Below, piece by piece: positions 1 to 12,132 of a DNA stretch of 64,000 bases. The translations under genes and the position numbers were made by a program. The stretch is from contig CM114271.1 in the NCBI GenBank assembly GCA_050084515.1, positions 45,942,001 to 46,006,000 on the forward strand, given 5' to 3'. The notes under the pieces are model-generated. The model was not told the origin of the DNA and ran no database searches. It saw nothing but the letters and a program-made list of their open reading frames with translations. The stretch comes from Blasia pusilla. Its lineage: Eukaryota. The first letter of the stretch is position 1; each line of letters opens with the position of its first letter.

Positions 1-3000
1 TAGGCCCGCAAGTGAACGACGCAGGGCCAGCAAGGCACGCAACGTTGACACTGGACTCCAGATCTCCTCGTCTGTCGGTTTGGCTCATACTCGCCTATGC
101 GATGGCACGATGTACAGATCGATCGATCGATCGATCGATCGGGAGATGCAACAAAGCACGCAGCGGAGTAATGTGAAGTGTAGTGAAGTGAATTGAAGAG
201 CGATATCGAAATGAATGGGAAATATTCCGGAATTAAGACCATTAAACGAGGCCATGAGAGATGTGGTCCCGGGCCGTTGGAGTCAGGGAAGAGAAACGAC
301 AGATTTGCAACGGAAAGTCGATGCGGGCAGTGCATTCAATGCGTGAGTCCGGATCCTGTGGGCGCGGAGGGGATGGGACGAAAATTTGTTTCCACCGAGT
401 CCGGCCCAGCCAACGAACGTACTTACTCCCCCTTCCCCACCACACCGGGCGGGCGACCATATCCGGAGCCCGCATTCAAAGAAGAAGATGGGGGCATTAG
501 TAGATTCAGTCACTGTGGGGGAGGGGAGAGCGGAACGATTGCGGGGATGACGCTGGCTTTTGACCCGGCTCGGACGATTCGTAATTTTCTTTCTTTCTAC
601 TGTAGGAACTTGGAAGGGAGAGAAGGGCCGGTAGTGTAGTGTTGGTGCTTTGCAGTACCCTACCGGGTGGAGAATATGTAGTCAGTGCGAGATGTGGGGG
701 CGGGCGGTAATGATTGAAGGAGGGCAAGCAAGCAGGCGCAGCATTGAAGGCGCTCGGTGCACGGGTGTTTCCTCTTGGCCTTCACGTGTGACCTCTCTCA
801 GTGGGCTGCTCGCTAGAGCGTGCACCCCTGCCTCTTTTCCACGTGGTCTCTTACACCGTCGACATTCCTCTTCACATTCTCGCCATTTTTTTTTCTCTTC
901 GCTCGCTGGCATTAGCTTCCCTCCTCCCTCCATCTTGCGATGATCATCACCTCCACTCTTCACGCGTAACCTCCGTCCCTCTAATTGTCCTCGTTTGGCT
1001 GCATCCGCTCGTAGGAGACACAGATAAATAAAGAAAATCGCTATTTCTCAAAAAGGAACGAAAAGCCGAATCATTTACTGTAAAAACTGCGACATTTTTA
1101 AAATTTCAGAAAATGCACTTCAAGACTTTGCCCAGGATTTTATCACGCCGTCGAGTACAAGACGCGACTACGTGACGAGAAGATTTTGGGTTGTCTAAGT
1201 GAAAATCTGAGCAGTAAACAAAACCGGAAGTTTGTTTCCCCCAGTTTCATGAAAGTGTACGCTTACTCTTCAAACTCTTCGACCGTGGCCCCGTGCATCT
1301 CTACGACGAGAAGGACGGACCGTCTTCGCTTTCAAGTACGATATCCGTGCTCGGCTAGCCCCGGATATATATATTTTTTTATTTATTTATTTATTTTATT
1401 TTATTTTATTTTCTAATGGCAAATCGCCCATCGAACTCCAGTTTTAAATTAAGGGAAACCCATAGAGTGCGAGAACTTGAGGGGAAGCCCTCAAGGTTAG
1501 CAGGAACCTCCTAAACTCCCTTCCTCCAGATATGGCTCAAGTGTTCCCGACTATCTGAGTCCCGCCTACCTTATATTTCCTTCGTTTGGGCACCCAGGTT
1601 TGCTAAGCCCCGAGAGGAGTCCTGGGAATTATGGTAATGGGTTCCCTTCGCAAGGACTGCCGCTATCTGGGACTCCGACCACAGAATTCCCGTTATGGTC
1701 GCTACTTCTCTTAACACGATCCTCTTACGCGCTATCTATATCTCCCGCCTGTCTTTCGCCATAACCCACGGCGTTCCGGCAATGTCGAAAGCCGAGGTTA
1801 CGACGGACGGACGGATGGACGGATGGATCCCGTCAATCCAGGCCCGCTCCGGCGCTCGATTTTCTCCTCGCGACAGAGAGAGTCTTCTCTGCGCCGGCAC
1901 CGAAGCGTTCAGGTGCAGCGGACCTGCTGAACCTGACGCACAGTTGGGTTCCACACGCGTCGCGCAGTTGGTCCGATAACCCCGTCGAGGACGGGGTGCG
2001 AAATCGTCACTCCCGACTGCGCCTTCGACGTAACCTATGAAGCAACGATGACAATCGAAGGACGGTTCTGGCGACGTGGTCGGTTGGCTGGAACGGATGG
2101 AAAACCCGGGCAGCGAAGGGCGGGCACGGCATGACGCAAGGCCGTAACGATTCAGCGGGCCCTTAAGAGCTCCGTCAGGAGAAGACCAAACGAGGACACT
2201 TAGACCTGTATGGGCTCTGCAGTGCCGTTAGTGCAGCCGTGCCTTTAAATGCGCTAGAGTTACGAGCCTTTATCTTCCCTTTATCTGACTCTTTAATGCC
2301 CGCCTTGACCCAGTTCCGATCTTCGTGTTCCTGTGCACACTATCTATCCCAAGTCTACACTCATCAGGCACTCTCTCTCTCGCTCGCTAGGGAGCCCTGA
2401 GTCGGCAGCTACCTCGCTCTGCTCTGCTCTGCTCTGCTCTGCTGGCCTTCGCGTACCGCGCGTGCCTGTTCCCGTTCAATGCCTGTCCGTGGCGGACTTA
2501 ACAGTCCTGTCGGTGGTTGCGCCACACACGTAATCGGATGACCGGGTTTTTTTTTCTCTCCTCCGCCCCCATTCCACCACTCACACAGTCGCGACTATCG
2601 CGACCTCGGCCGCGTGCGACGGGGCCCGAGTCATCGACATGTGGAACATCGTTCGTCGCGGGAACGAACCTCTTCTGCTCGACCCCTCCCCTCTGGATGG
2701 GTGTGAGTTGCGGTGGGTGGGTTGGTGGGTGGGTGCGTAAAATCTCTCTCTCGCTCGGTCCCGGCAGCGGACGGCTATCGACAAGAACGGTATCGCACAT
2801 TGCATGCTTTTCGTTCCCAAGGCAATCGACAAGAATGGTGCCCCATATTGCACGCATTTCGTGTTGGTGTATTATTGTGTTATTAGTCGCGCTTCACATT
2901 ATTAGCGGCACGGCGTGCCCTTCATGTTTTATGTGGATCTCCGTTTTGAAATTTGTCTTTTTTCTCGCATCCGGTATTATTAGTCGCTCTTCTTTACCTG

Positions 3001-3429
3001 TTCTTTGTCCGTCGTTTTATAAGTCCAAAAGTCAACCTTTTTAATAATAATGGACGATGCGAATGCGAAATGACAAGGTTTTGTCATTTCGGCGTGTGAA
3101 TAAACTATTTAACATTTTCATGGGATATGCCTATCATATACTACCCAGGATGAGCACACGTGGCCTCCTCATCTCCTTATGTGCGCCGTGGTTTTCTCAC
3201 TCATCTGTTTGAAAATGTCTCATGCGGCTCCCATATCATCTCCAAACTCCAACAACAATTTGAGGTCGTGATGTTACCATATGCCTCAAAATTTTCACAT
3301 CGCACTTGAATCCTCCGGATGAATGCAACCCCTCCTAGCTGCAGTTTTGAGTGTAGTGGCGACTGGAAAAACCCCTACAAATCCACACAAATAGGTTGGA
3401 TATCCACCTAACTTCTTATCTCCACTTCG

Positions 3430-4210
3430 TTACTATAACAAATGTCAAAAGAGGACAAAGAAAGATAATAATATTTCAAAAGAGGAGTCGGCAAAAAATG
3501 CATAATGAAATGTGAAAAGAAATGGCAACTACCCAATATAAATACCAACTCGACGAGTTCTACCATTGTTAACTTGAGACAAATCTAACAAGAACACTAG
3601 TGGTTAGTCAAAAGTGAACGGTCGCCTCGCCACTTCCGCACGACGTATCAATCTCAAAGCTTGTGCACGTCGTAAGGCCACTGAAATGCATTTCCGAAAA
3701 TAAATAGTGACTACGAAGAGAGAAGGACTACGCAAAGGGGCAAGGTGATGATTCTCGAGAGAGTGGTGAGCACATGTTTTCACGAAAGTATCAAAAGACA
3801 CATGTAAATTATCGAGTACTAGTGAAATGTCCGTGCCATGCACGGAAAATAAAAAAGTGTTTGAAGAGTTAATTATTGCTCGTAGCCCACACAAATTCAA
3901 ATTTCTTTTCTTGTTGCCCCTAGCATGTGAACTATTTTCTTGTTGTCCAATTGCCACTTGTCAAACATAGAGGAGTTTCCAAATCAAGAAGGCACTCTCC
4001 CATAATAATATAGATTTCCACTGCAAAACGAATGAATCCATCAGTCGCTTGTCTCACATCATAACTTAACTCCCTAACTCTTACTGCTACTTTGGTTGTC
4101 GAATCTTTGGTATGTGCGGCTTTACACACCAAGTCAAAACGTGTTCAATCAGCAACCACTACATCACCTAGTGTCCAGAATTCACCTTGAGACATAACAA
4201 GATCAACTAA
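3430..4210 (-). mobile_element. 3' fragment of CRE-like non-LTR retrotransposon (RLE domain and 3' UTR), split by a mini-Helitron
   Basis: Colinear with 8905-9500: the peptide TFVKTCAHHSLENHHLAP..ISVALRRAQAL and the shared 3' UTR motif AAAAGAGGAC..AAAGAGGAGTC. Confidence 0.85.
3819..4014 (-). mobile_element. Non-autonomous mini-Helitron
   Basis: On the minus strand it starts A|TCTATATTATTATGG and ends with a perfect hairpin CCGTGC-ATG-GCACGG (3831-3845), then 8 nt, then CTAG|T. Removing it restores the CRE sequence seen uninterrupted at ~9300-9320, with no TSD. Confidence 0.85.
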
Positions 4211-4290
4211 CTTAGCTATAAATTAAAAATTCATTGTGGATGTTATATTTTCCAATTAGTACTACCATGCTCAAAAAGGGAAATAAAATA

Positions 4291-4365
4291 TCTATCTTCT
4301 ATATTATTATTGGAGAGTGCCCTTTCATTCTTCAAACTCTTCTTCTCTTGACACTTGGAAGTCTC
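4291..4365 (+). mobile_element. Helitron 5' terminus of the same family as 3819-4014
   Basis: TCTATATTATTATTGGAGAGTGCC matches the 5' end of the 3819-4014 element in the opposite orientation. The 3' end was not located. Confidence 0.55.
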
Positions 4366-4895
4366 GGCCAATCGTATCACTCGCCTTCTGAGCCAATAGG
4401 ATCATTCGAAGTTGATTAAAAATGACGCTTCATAATTTTGAGTGCTACTTAACATTTTGGGAATTAGTTCAAACGGTGCATACCATCAGTGTACACTAGT
4501 ATGAATATATTTCTATTATGGGAGGTTACAATCCTAGAAGAAAAAATTATTGTTTTCCTCCTTTCAAAATATTTTAATATACATATCAAATCATCGTATA
4601 AGTAAATGGAATGATCCTTCTTCTCTTGACACTTGGAAGTCACGGCCAATCGTATCACTCGCCTTCTGAGCCAATAGGATCATTCGAAGTTGATTAAAAA
4701 TGACGCTTCGTAATTTTGAGAGCTACTTATCATTTTGGGAATTAGTTCTAACGGTGCATACCATCAGCGTACACTAGTATGAATATATTTCTATTATGTG
4801 AGGTTACAATCCTAGAAGAAAAAATTATTGTTTTCCTCCTTTCAAAATATTTTAATATACATATCAAATCATCGTATAAGTAAATGGAATGGTCC
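4340..4895. repeat. Tandem duplication, 2 x ~278 bp, near-identical
   Basis: TTCTCTTGACACTTGGAAGTC begins at 4343 and at 4621, and the two copies differ at only a few positions. Confidence 0.95.
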
Positions 4896-6039
4896 TACAC
4901 ACACCCATTGTTACATAATATATATCAATGTTCCCAACCGCACAATCGCACAACAGCATCATCAATCCTCATAATTTGCTGGAAGATTGGTACATCCATA
5001 TATGTATACAAAGATCATACAACCACCTAAAATGGCAATTAGGTCTATAAACTCAATATAGTACTTATCATATCGAGCATGATGTAACTCATTATTGTAT
5101 ATACATTTGGATCATCCAGTAGAAACTATGCCAAAATGAGGTATCAAGCATGACATATGTCACCATCTAACGAGCATCATAAATCAACATGGTGGTTAAA
5201 TTCCTCGTAGATCCATACAACATGCAACTCAAGCCCATACGTACAACAACCAATTTGGAAATCTTTAATCTACTCTCCCATCCACGTTTTGAACTATGAC
5301 ATAGCATACAATTATGCACATGATCCTTATAAACCATACCGCTTGCCTCTAACATAAGGACTCTAATGTAACACCTCTCGCACATACTTACATGCACAAC
5401 CTTCTAAAAGAAAATGAAAATCCTTTGAAAATTTCCTTAACAAGGCAAGTTAACTACCCACTTGCATACAAAAAAAAAAAACTTCCACTAGCTCCTCCTA
5501 CATCTTTCTCATGTAAAATCAAAGTAAAATCCATTTATACAATGAATTCCATTTTTCGATAGTACAAATCGTCATTAAGCAACATCTATCCCTATGATGA
5601 GAAAACCCGTACTCTTGCCGTACTCTAACATTATACCTCCATGCTCCTACCAATCTTATAAGGAAGAGTGTTTCTTAGGCTCAACATAAGAAATATGGCG
5701 TTTGAAGTCCATCTCTTCTTCTCACATACCCTTGAGAAGAGCCTACGATATAGTAGGACTTCCACTTTTCGACCGACTATAATGTGGCAAAGGTGATCAT
5801 GTGGATGTTATTCATATAGAATGAACTTTATGTTGGAATGTACTCTTTGATTGATATATGGCAAGTTTCAAGAAGAAAATCGGAGAAAGAGGGAGATGAA
5901 AATCTGCTAAAAATTTTTATTTGATTTCCCAAGGAAGTTGTATGGTTCATACAACTAAATTTTCCCTAATCTTAGAGCCCTAATTTAATTTGAGTTTTTT
6001 GCATGGTTTCAAATTGTGGGACAAGGCAAGTATCGTATA

Positions 6040-6364
6040 CAAGGTTGCACGGAAACGGACAATTGTGTCCATGGGATGAACATACCACTCAGGTACCAAC
6101 GGCCCGCATCCGAACCCACCTTTGAGCCTAGGGAGCCCGTTGCGTAGACCCGGGCTCGCCGAGCCCGCACCTGCGTTGTGGCCTACCGCGGGCTAGAGTA
6201 GGTTGCACGCGTGCCATAACGTGGGTGTCAGCTCGACCAGCTCGAGTCTACACGATGGGCTCGGCGGGCTCGAGTGCGGGCTACGAGAACCCAGGCTTGC
6301 ACAAACATAAGTCCGCGGACATGGACATGTCCGCAGACTCAGACTTTGTCTGTGTGCAACTCTA
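6040..6364. mobile_element. Non-autonomous GC-rich hAT-type element (MITE-like)
   Basis: Left end CAAGGTTGCAC and right end GTGCAACTCTA form an imperfect TIR. The same left end starts the transposase-bearing element at 47094, and the interior is homologous to 38641-38730. Confidence 0.7.
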
Positions 6365-6692
6365 TTAGTAGCACTCTTAAGTGGAAATGTTTGGAGGGTT
6401 TTCCCATATATCTATTTATAGAAAATAACAATTTTAGAGTCATGCCCTATTTATGTAATCTTGTGCTATAAATCATGAATAGTATTCTCTCAGAGTTGTG
6501 CATGAAATATTGAATCGTTGGACTACTTAAGAACTTCACACAAAACACAAATCTTTACAAGGTCTAAGAAAATAACCTATACCTCCTCTCATAAGGGATT
6601 TTATAAAACTTTTCTTCAAAACCAATAAAGAAGTAAGGTATGAAAAACACTCATAAATTAAAAAAATAAGTTCTCTTTTTCAAAAGAAAAAC

Positions 6693-6849
6693 TTATGATC
6701 TGAACATGTTGTATGATTTAACAACTAAATCGGAAAACAATTTTTTACGAAAATAGTTGGATTTTTCAACTACTTTTTTATAAAATGATGTCTAAATCCT
6801 TGAACTCCCACAAATTTATTGGAACGATGCAAACATGTTCAGATCATAA
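6693..6849. mobile_element. Small MITE-like element with 18-bp perfect inverted termini
   Basis: TTATGATCTGAACATGTT (6693-6710) and AACATGTTCAGATCATAA (6832-6849). The termini can be read as a TA target duplication. Confidence 0.5.
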
Positions 6850-7888
6850 TTATCAATTAATAATAAAATAGCATGTCTTTTCAATGGAACAAAATCTTCA
6901 AGAAATATACAAAGAATATATATTAATATTTCAGTTATATATAAATATTCCGTAATTTTATGGGCACATGATAGATTTGATACTTTGTTGTGATGTATAC
7001 CAAATCAGCATATTTTCTTGTCGGCCAAAAGACGTTGGTCAATTTTAGAGATGGTGGAATTTTAAAGAGAACTTCCTATAAGAATAATTTATATTTTAAA
7101 ATATAATAAATAACGAATTTCAAGTTCTAATTGCTTAAGGGAACAAGAGAAAATAATGAAATCCATCTTTATTTGTTTCTTGTAACAAAATCCTTGAATT
7201 TTACATTCCTTCCACTAGTAAAGAAGTCAAAGATTCTTGTTTCATAAACTATTCTACTATTTATCCTTTGATCGAGTACACATATTGAGGATTGTTGTCA
7301 TGGAAATTCCTTTGATTAAGTGACAAGTGAAACATCGAGAAACATTAGAATCAAATTTTTTCAACACTCCCCATATTTGTAGAATATCTATGTTGGAACA
7401 TGAACATAATACGCCAATCCCATAGTAACATGATGCACATCCATATCTCAAATCGAGATTGAGTAACGCACTACTTATCAACAACAAGGTATTTGGTAAG
7501 GGTATTGCCAAGTGAGAACTATTTGGGTTATGGAACATCCATGTGTTCTATGCATTAAAAACTCTAGCTTGTGCCCATGCTCAACACATGTGAAAGAATA
7601 GCCCTCATGAGATCTTCGATCTTCATCTTGCACACTTCTTTGTCTTAGTTAGTTAGAGGACAAGTGTCATAAGCGGAGGCCACCTAAATGGACATATGTC
7701 ATGCATAAAGATGTTTGGTGTTGAGACCGTGTTGCCAATAATAGTATAGATTGATGTGGACGGTGTTTTCCTTTTGGGTTGCATGCATGAGTTCTAGCAC
7801 TACCTCTGTTGAGGTGTACTTTAGAAAGGGTGATGAAGAAGTCTCTTTTTCTATTTTCTTCTCTCCTTGCTATGCTTACTTATGACAA

Positions 7889-8081
7889 CTAATTGGTGCC
7901 CGTGACAGACCGTGCATTGCAAGGTCCTATACACATACGCCCCTTTTCCGAAATGTATATACGCCCCGTGCATATACACCCCCTTTTGAAATACGCACCG
8001 GTTTAGAATGTATAAACCCTAGGTTTATGATGACATGTGTCATGTTCCCCACGTCAAAACCACTCCGCAAATTAATATAGA
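7889..8081 (-). mobile_element. Probable mini-Helitron
   Basis: The minus strand starts A|TCTATATTAAT and ends with a CCTTGCAATGCACGG/CACGGG hairpin-like segment, then TTAG|T (degenerate CTAG). Confidence 0.45.
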
Positions 8082-8904
8082 TTATTGCGACACAAAACTA
8101 TAGGACTAGAAAATCGAGAAGAATTCATTAAAATTCCGGGAGGTCAATGAGAAATCGCCGGAACGAGAAGGTTCTCCGTCCTCCAAGGTCGCGCTCCACT
8201 ACTGCGCTACCACGTTCTCCAACTGTATGTACCACATCCCAAGACTACTGCGATAGTAAACCGCGTCCCGTCGAGGTCGGGAGACCACGTTCTTCCAACT
8301 GCCCGCCACCTTTACTTGCGCTCGCCACTGTACCATGCCGCAAATTACTGCAGTCATAAAGGCTACGCTCCTCCAAGCTCGGGCTACCACGTAATCCTCC
8401 TGACGCACTCCATCACCACATCCCAACGCAGAAGTCGAAGAAAAGCACGCCGTTACTACTGTGGTCATAAAGACACGTCAAGTCCAACTGTGCGTTCCAC
8501 CGTGGCGTGTGCTCCGACGCCACGAACCTTATCCCAACGAATTGGAAGGATCTCCATTGGTCTGCATCCCACTGTACCGCCGTCTCTGTAAATGTTAGAT
8601 CCGGGTGACAAGAACATCCCATTTTCTTTTCATTTATAACTTGAACTTGTTTCCTTGTTTAGGGAGGGTTAGGAAGTCTATGACGGGAACGTTTTTCTTA
8701 CGTTTTCGGTATTTTGGATTAAATTGTTTTTTAAATCTAACACACGTCAATAGTAGAAGAGTTTTCAAGTGACATTGTGTAAACGTCCGAGGAAGGTTTA
8801 TCTAATCCCATCGTATGTTAATCCTATTGCGAGTCTTCCGCCTAATTTCGCCTCAAATGTTCACATCCTTTCTTGGAACGGCTTTACTAGCAATATGTCC
8901 ACTT

Positions 8905-11900
8905 TATTATAAAATAAACCTCAAAAGAGGACGAAGAAAGGTAATAACATCTCCAAAGAGGAGTCAAAAAATGCATAGTGGAATGCAAAAAGAAAATGCC
9001 AACTGGCCAACGCAAACACCGACACAACGAGCTACACGATTGATAGCGTGAAACAAATATGACAAGAACACGAGTGGTTGGTCAGACGTGAATGGACGAC
9101 GAGGCGAGCGACCCCCCACCGCCTCCGCACGACGTATCAATGCCAAGGCTTGTGCACGTTGTAAGGCCACTGAGATGCATTGCCAAAAATAAGTGGTAAC
9201 TACATAGAGACAAGGACTACGGGAAGGGGCAAGGTAATGATTCTCGAGGGAGTGGTGAGCACATGTTTTCATGAAAGTATCAAAAAACACATCTGAATGA
9301 CCGAATACTTCCACTGCAAAAGGAATAAATCCATCAGTCACATGTCTCACAACATAACTTAACTCCTTGATTCTTGTTGCAGCTTCGACCGCCAAACCTT
9401 TGGTATGTTTGGCTCGACACACCAAGTCACAACGTGTTGGATTAGAAACCACCACATCACCTAGTGTCCGGAATCCACCTCGAGACATAACAAGATCCAC
9501 TCTCCGACAAGAGGTTGCTTGTGTGGTTGAAGGTAGGACATGGAGTTGCTCTTGCCCAACGGTGTATCCTGCAGTACGAGCCACCGATGCTACCGCCTCT
9601 CTAATGATATCATGTGTGGCCGTTCGTTCTTCAACATGAGCACATCAAAGAATATGGAGACCCTTCGCATCAATGGGATCCCCGCATACATAATTCGGCA
9701 CACCTAACAGAGAAGGATGTGGAAGTCCAAGGTGTAACCACAAAACTGTCGAGAATATACTTCGAGGAAGACGAAATGGAAGAATAAGAGGATTTGCAGT
9801 AAGCCACGCCCCAACTGCGGTACCCGCACATGAACCTAGACGAGGTCGATGAGCGTCAGAGGATGACTCAGAGAGAATGTTGGAAAACTTTATTTGATGC
9901 AGATTCTCGGAGATATGCTATTGAAGTCGATCAAGCCCTTCCGTAATCAATTGACTGAAAGGGGATAGAATTTCTTGTGAAGCAAAAGGAAGAAGAACTC
10001 GTGCACATCTCAGTTGTTGTTGAATAACACGTCACCCTCCTCTACATGGGCGACATGATCCATCCAGATAGGTGTATCTCCTTGGAGAAACCTTGAAGCC
10101 ATAATTGGTGCTACCAATACCCAACTCCCCAAAGAGGCTACGGGAGCAGATGCGATTGTAGAGGAAAGTCCCACCCCTTCAAAAGAAATAGGCAAGATAT
10201 CTTGTCGTGAAGACAAGACACCATCATCTCCCTCAAATGTATTCGGGCTAAGAAGTTGACCAAAAGTTGCCAAGATAGAAGTGTCAAAATAGGCCAACCG
10301 ATGTAAGAACCTTGAAGTGGGAGGACAACTGCAAAGAAGGTAGGAAGGACGTCGTAGAAAACATTGGGAGAGAATCCCATAAGCCACTTGGGAATCCCCT
10401 AGATGAGGTAACAAATGAAGCCATTCCACGTCTTTCAAAAGGGCCTCATCCAAGAACTTTGAGACATAGTCGATGAAGCCAATTGGGACCCCAATAACCC
10501 TAACCCCTTCAATGTAGATGGGAAAATCAGGAGTAGGTGGGTGAATTTTGAGGGAAGGCATGAAGGAGACCATACTCCACATTTACTAGGTTGGACTTTA
10601 AGGTTCAAGAAAGAGAGTTGCTCCACAAAATGGATATAAGCAGGAACCACTTCAGAAGGAGGACCTATAAAGTGAGTGTCATCAACAATAGAAGGGAAAA
10701 CACAAGATGGAAATGCTTGCGCTCATGCTCGAAAGGCACAAAAATGGGCAATGGCAAAATGTAGGGCGCCCATGGGATCACCTTGATGTGTGCCACATGC
10801 CGATTATAGGATACTATATTCCCCGGAGGTAGCATGATGAGAATAGATAATGGGAGTATCATAGGCATAGAAGGAGCAAACAAATGGAATGAGACAGGCA
10901 AGTTATTCTCTTGCACAACGTAACTCCTCAAAGATGGCCGCACGAGAAACTGAATTAAATGCGTTAGCCACATCGACTTAAATTGTTACACGCTTTGGAT
11001 GAATATCAAGAGTGGAGAGAATCCTATACACCACAGCCTCACAACCTCCAGGAGTTGCCACTCCAAATTGATGAGGAAATAAGTGGGCACTAAAGTGAGG
11101 ACAAAATTGCAAGCATAGGCATCGACTAACCAAGCGATATAAAACCTCTCCAATAGCCAAAGGGCAGACATCTAAAGGAGGCTTATCCATAGCCAACAAA
11201 TGACAAGCCCCTAAGAGCCTAGAGATAGAGAATGGGAGATGGCTTGTCGTAATATGTGCACACACCTTATATAGAGAGACAAAGCCACTTGTTGAATCTG
11301 CCGGGATAAAGCAATCAAGGAGATGCTCAAAAACCATCCCTGATAGTTTGCTTGCTAATAAGCGAGGATTATGAAGAAAAGCCCTTGTGAAAACCTCCAC
11401 GTCAAGCTCCAAGTCAAGGTCTCTTGTATAGTCTTCCACAAAAGGTGGAGCATCACCACTTAAAGAAGGGTGAAGAGCTTCTAATAGAGCCAATGTTTTC
11501 GCACTTGGAACTTCCAAAGAGAGAGGACCCAATGCTCATGTTGCACGTGAAAACTCACCAACGTGCCCCAAAAGTAGACTTCGTCAAAGGCGTTGTTGTA
11601 TTGAAGGCCTCCCATGATTGGCATGTTCAATGGGATGAGCCGCATGTAAGGCCTCTCCTCGAAGTACATGCTCATTCTGAAGATTATCCCAATCCCCAGA
11701 CATAAAGCGTTGAATGCGTGTGGAGGTTTCACGACGACCCGTCGCACCACCCCTTGGAGGGAGGACTAAAACCCAATGTGGGAAGAGTAATAGGAGATAC
11801 CAAGCATTGATATATGTGGGATCACGCGCTAACCTTTCTAATGGGAAAAGAAAATCTTGTTGGGTGATGGGGCGAAGAGCAATAGGAATGCGAGTGTAGA

Positions 11901-12040
11901 GTCTAGGACGAGGACGAGGAAGACATGGATGGAAAGAGCGAAGGAGATCAACTTGGCTTAACCAGGTCTAAGCAGTTGTTGTGGGGGGAGTGCAGTAGGA
12001 GGTGGTATCGGGTTAAGGATTGAAGACCCATGCATGGATC
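8905..12040 (-). mobile_element. Near full-length decayed CRE-like (RLE-type) non-LTR retrotransposon: RT, Zn-finger remnant, restriction-like endonuclease
   Basis: RT segments PLAIGEVLYRLVSRCL, HQFGVATPGGCEAVV, QGDPMGALHF, SIVDDTHFIGP, GVRVIGVPIG and LPISFEGVGL. C-terminal H-x3-C..ERTATHD. RLE segment RRVDLV..LGDVVVSNPT..KELSY..FIPFAVEVFG. Multiple stops and frameshifts. Confidence 0.85.
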
Positions 12041-12079
12041 AACAAAACTGCTCCTCCATAGTCCTCTTCCTAGTTTTTG

Positions 12080-12132
12080 CTTGTATGTTGTTTCAAAGTA
12101 AAACAAAGGTTTACTTTGAAACAACATACAAG
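12080..12132. repeat. Perfect 23-bp inverted repeat with 7-nt loop
   Basis: CTTGTATGTTGTTTCAAAGTAAA-acaaagg-TTTACTTTGAAACAACATACAAG. Confidence 0.95.

Noticed and set aside
1365-1735. Possible SINE on the minus strand with an (AAAAT)n tail
   Set aside because: The A and B boxes are too degenerate and there is no second copy in the window.
193-3044. Overlapping ORFs of 66-175 aa in the GC-rich start
   Set aside because: No recognisable domains. They occur on both strands, as expected by chance in GC-rich sequence.
4900-5800. Coding-like decayed minus-strand sequence (GCCTYG..)
   Set aside because: I could not assign a family or reconstruct a frame.
8100-8600. CpG-rich patch with short ORFs and a repeated CCACGTTCT(T)CCAACTG
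   Set aside because: No domain or element boundaries are identifiable.
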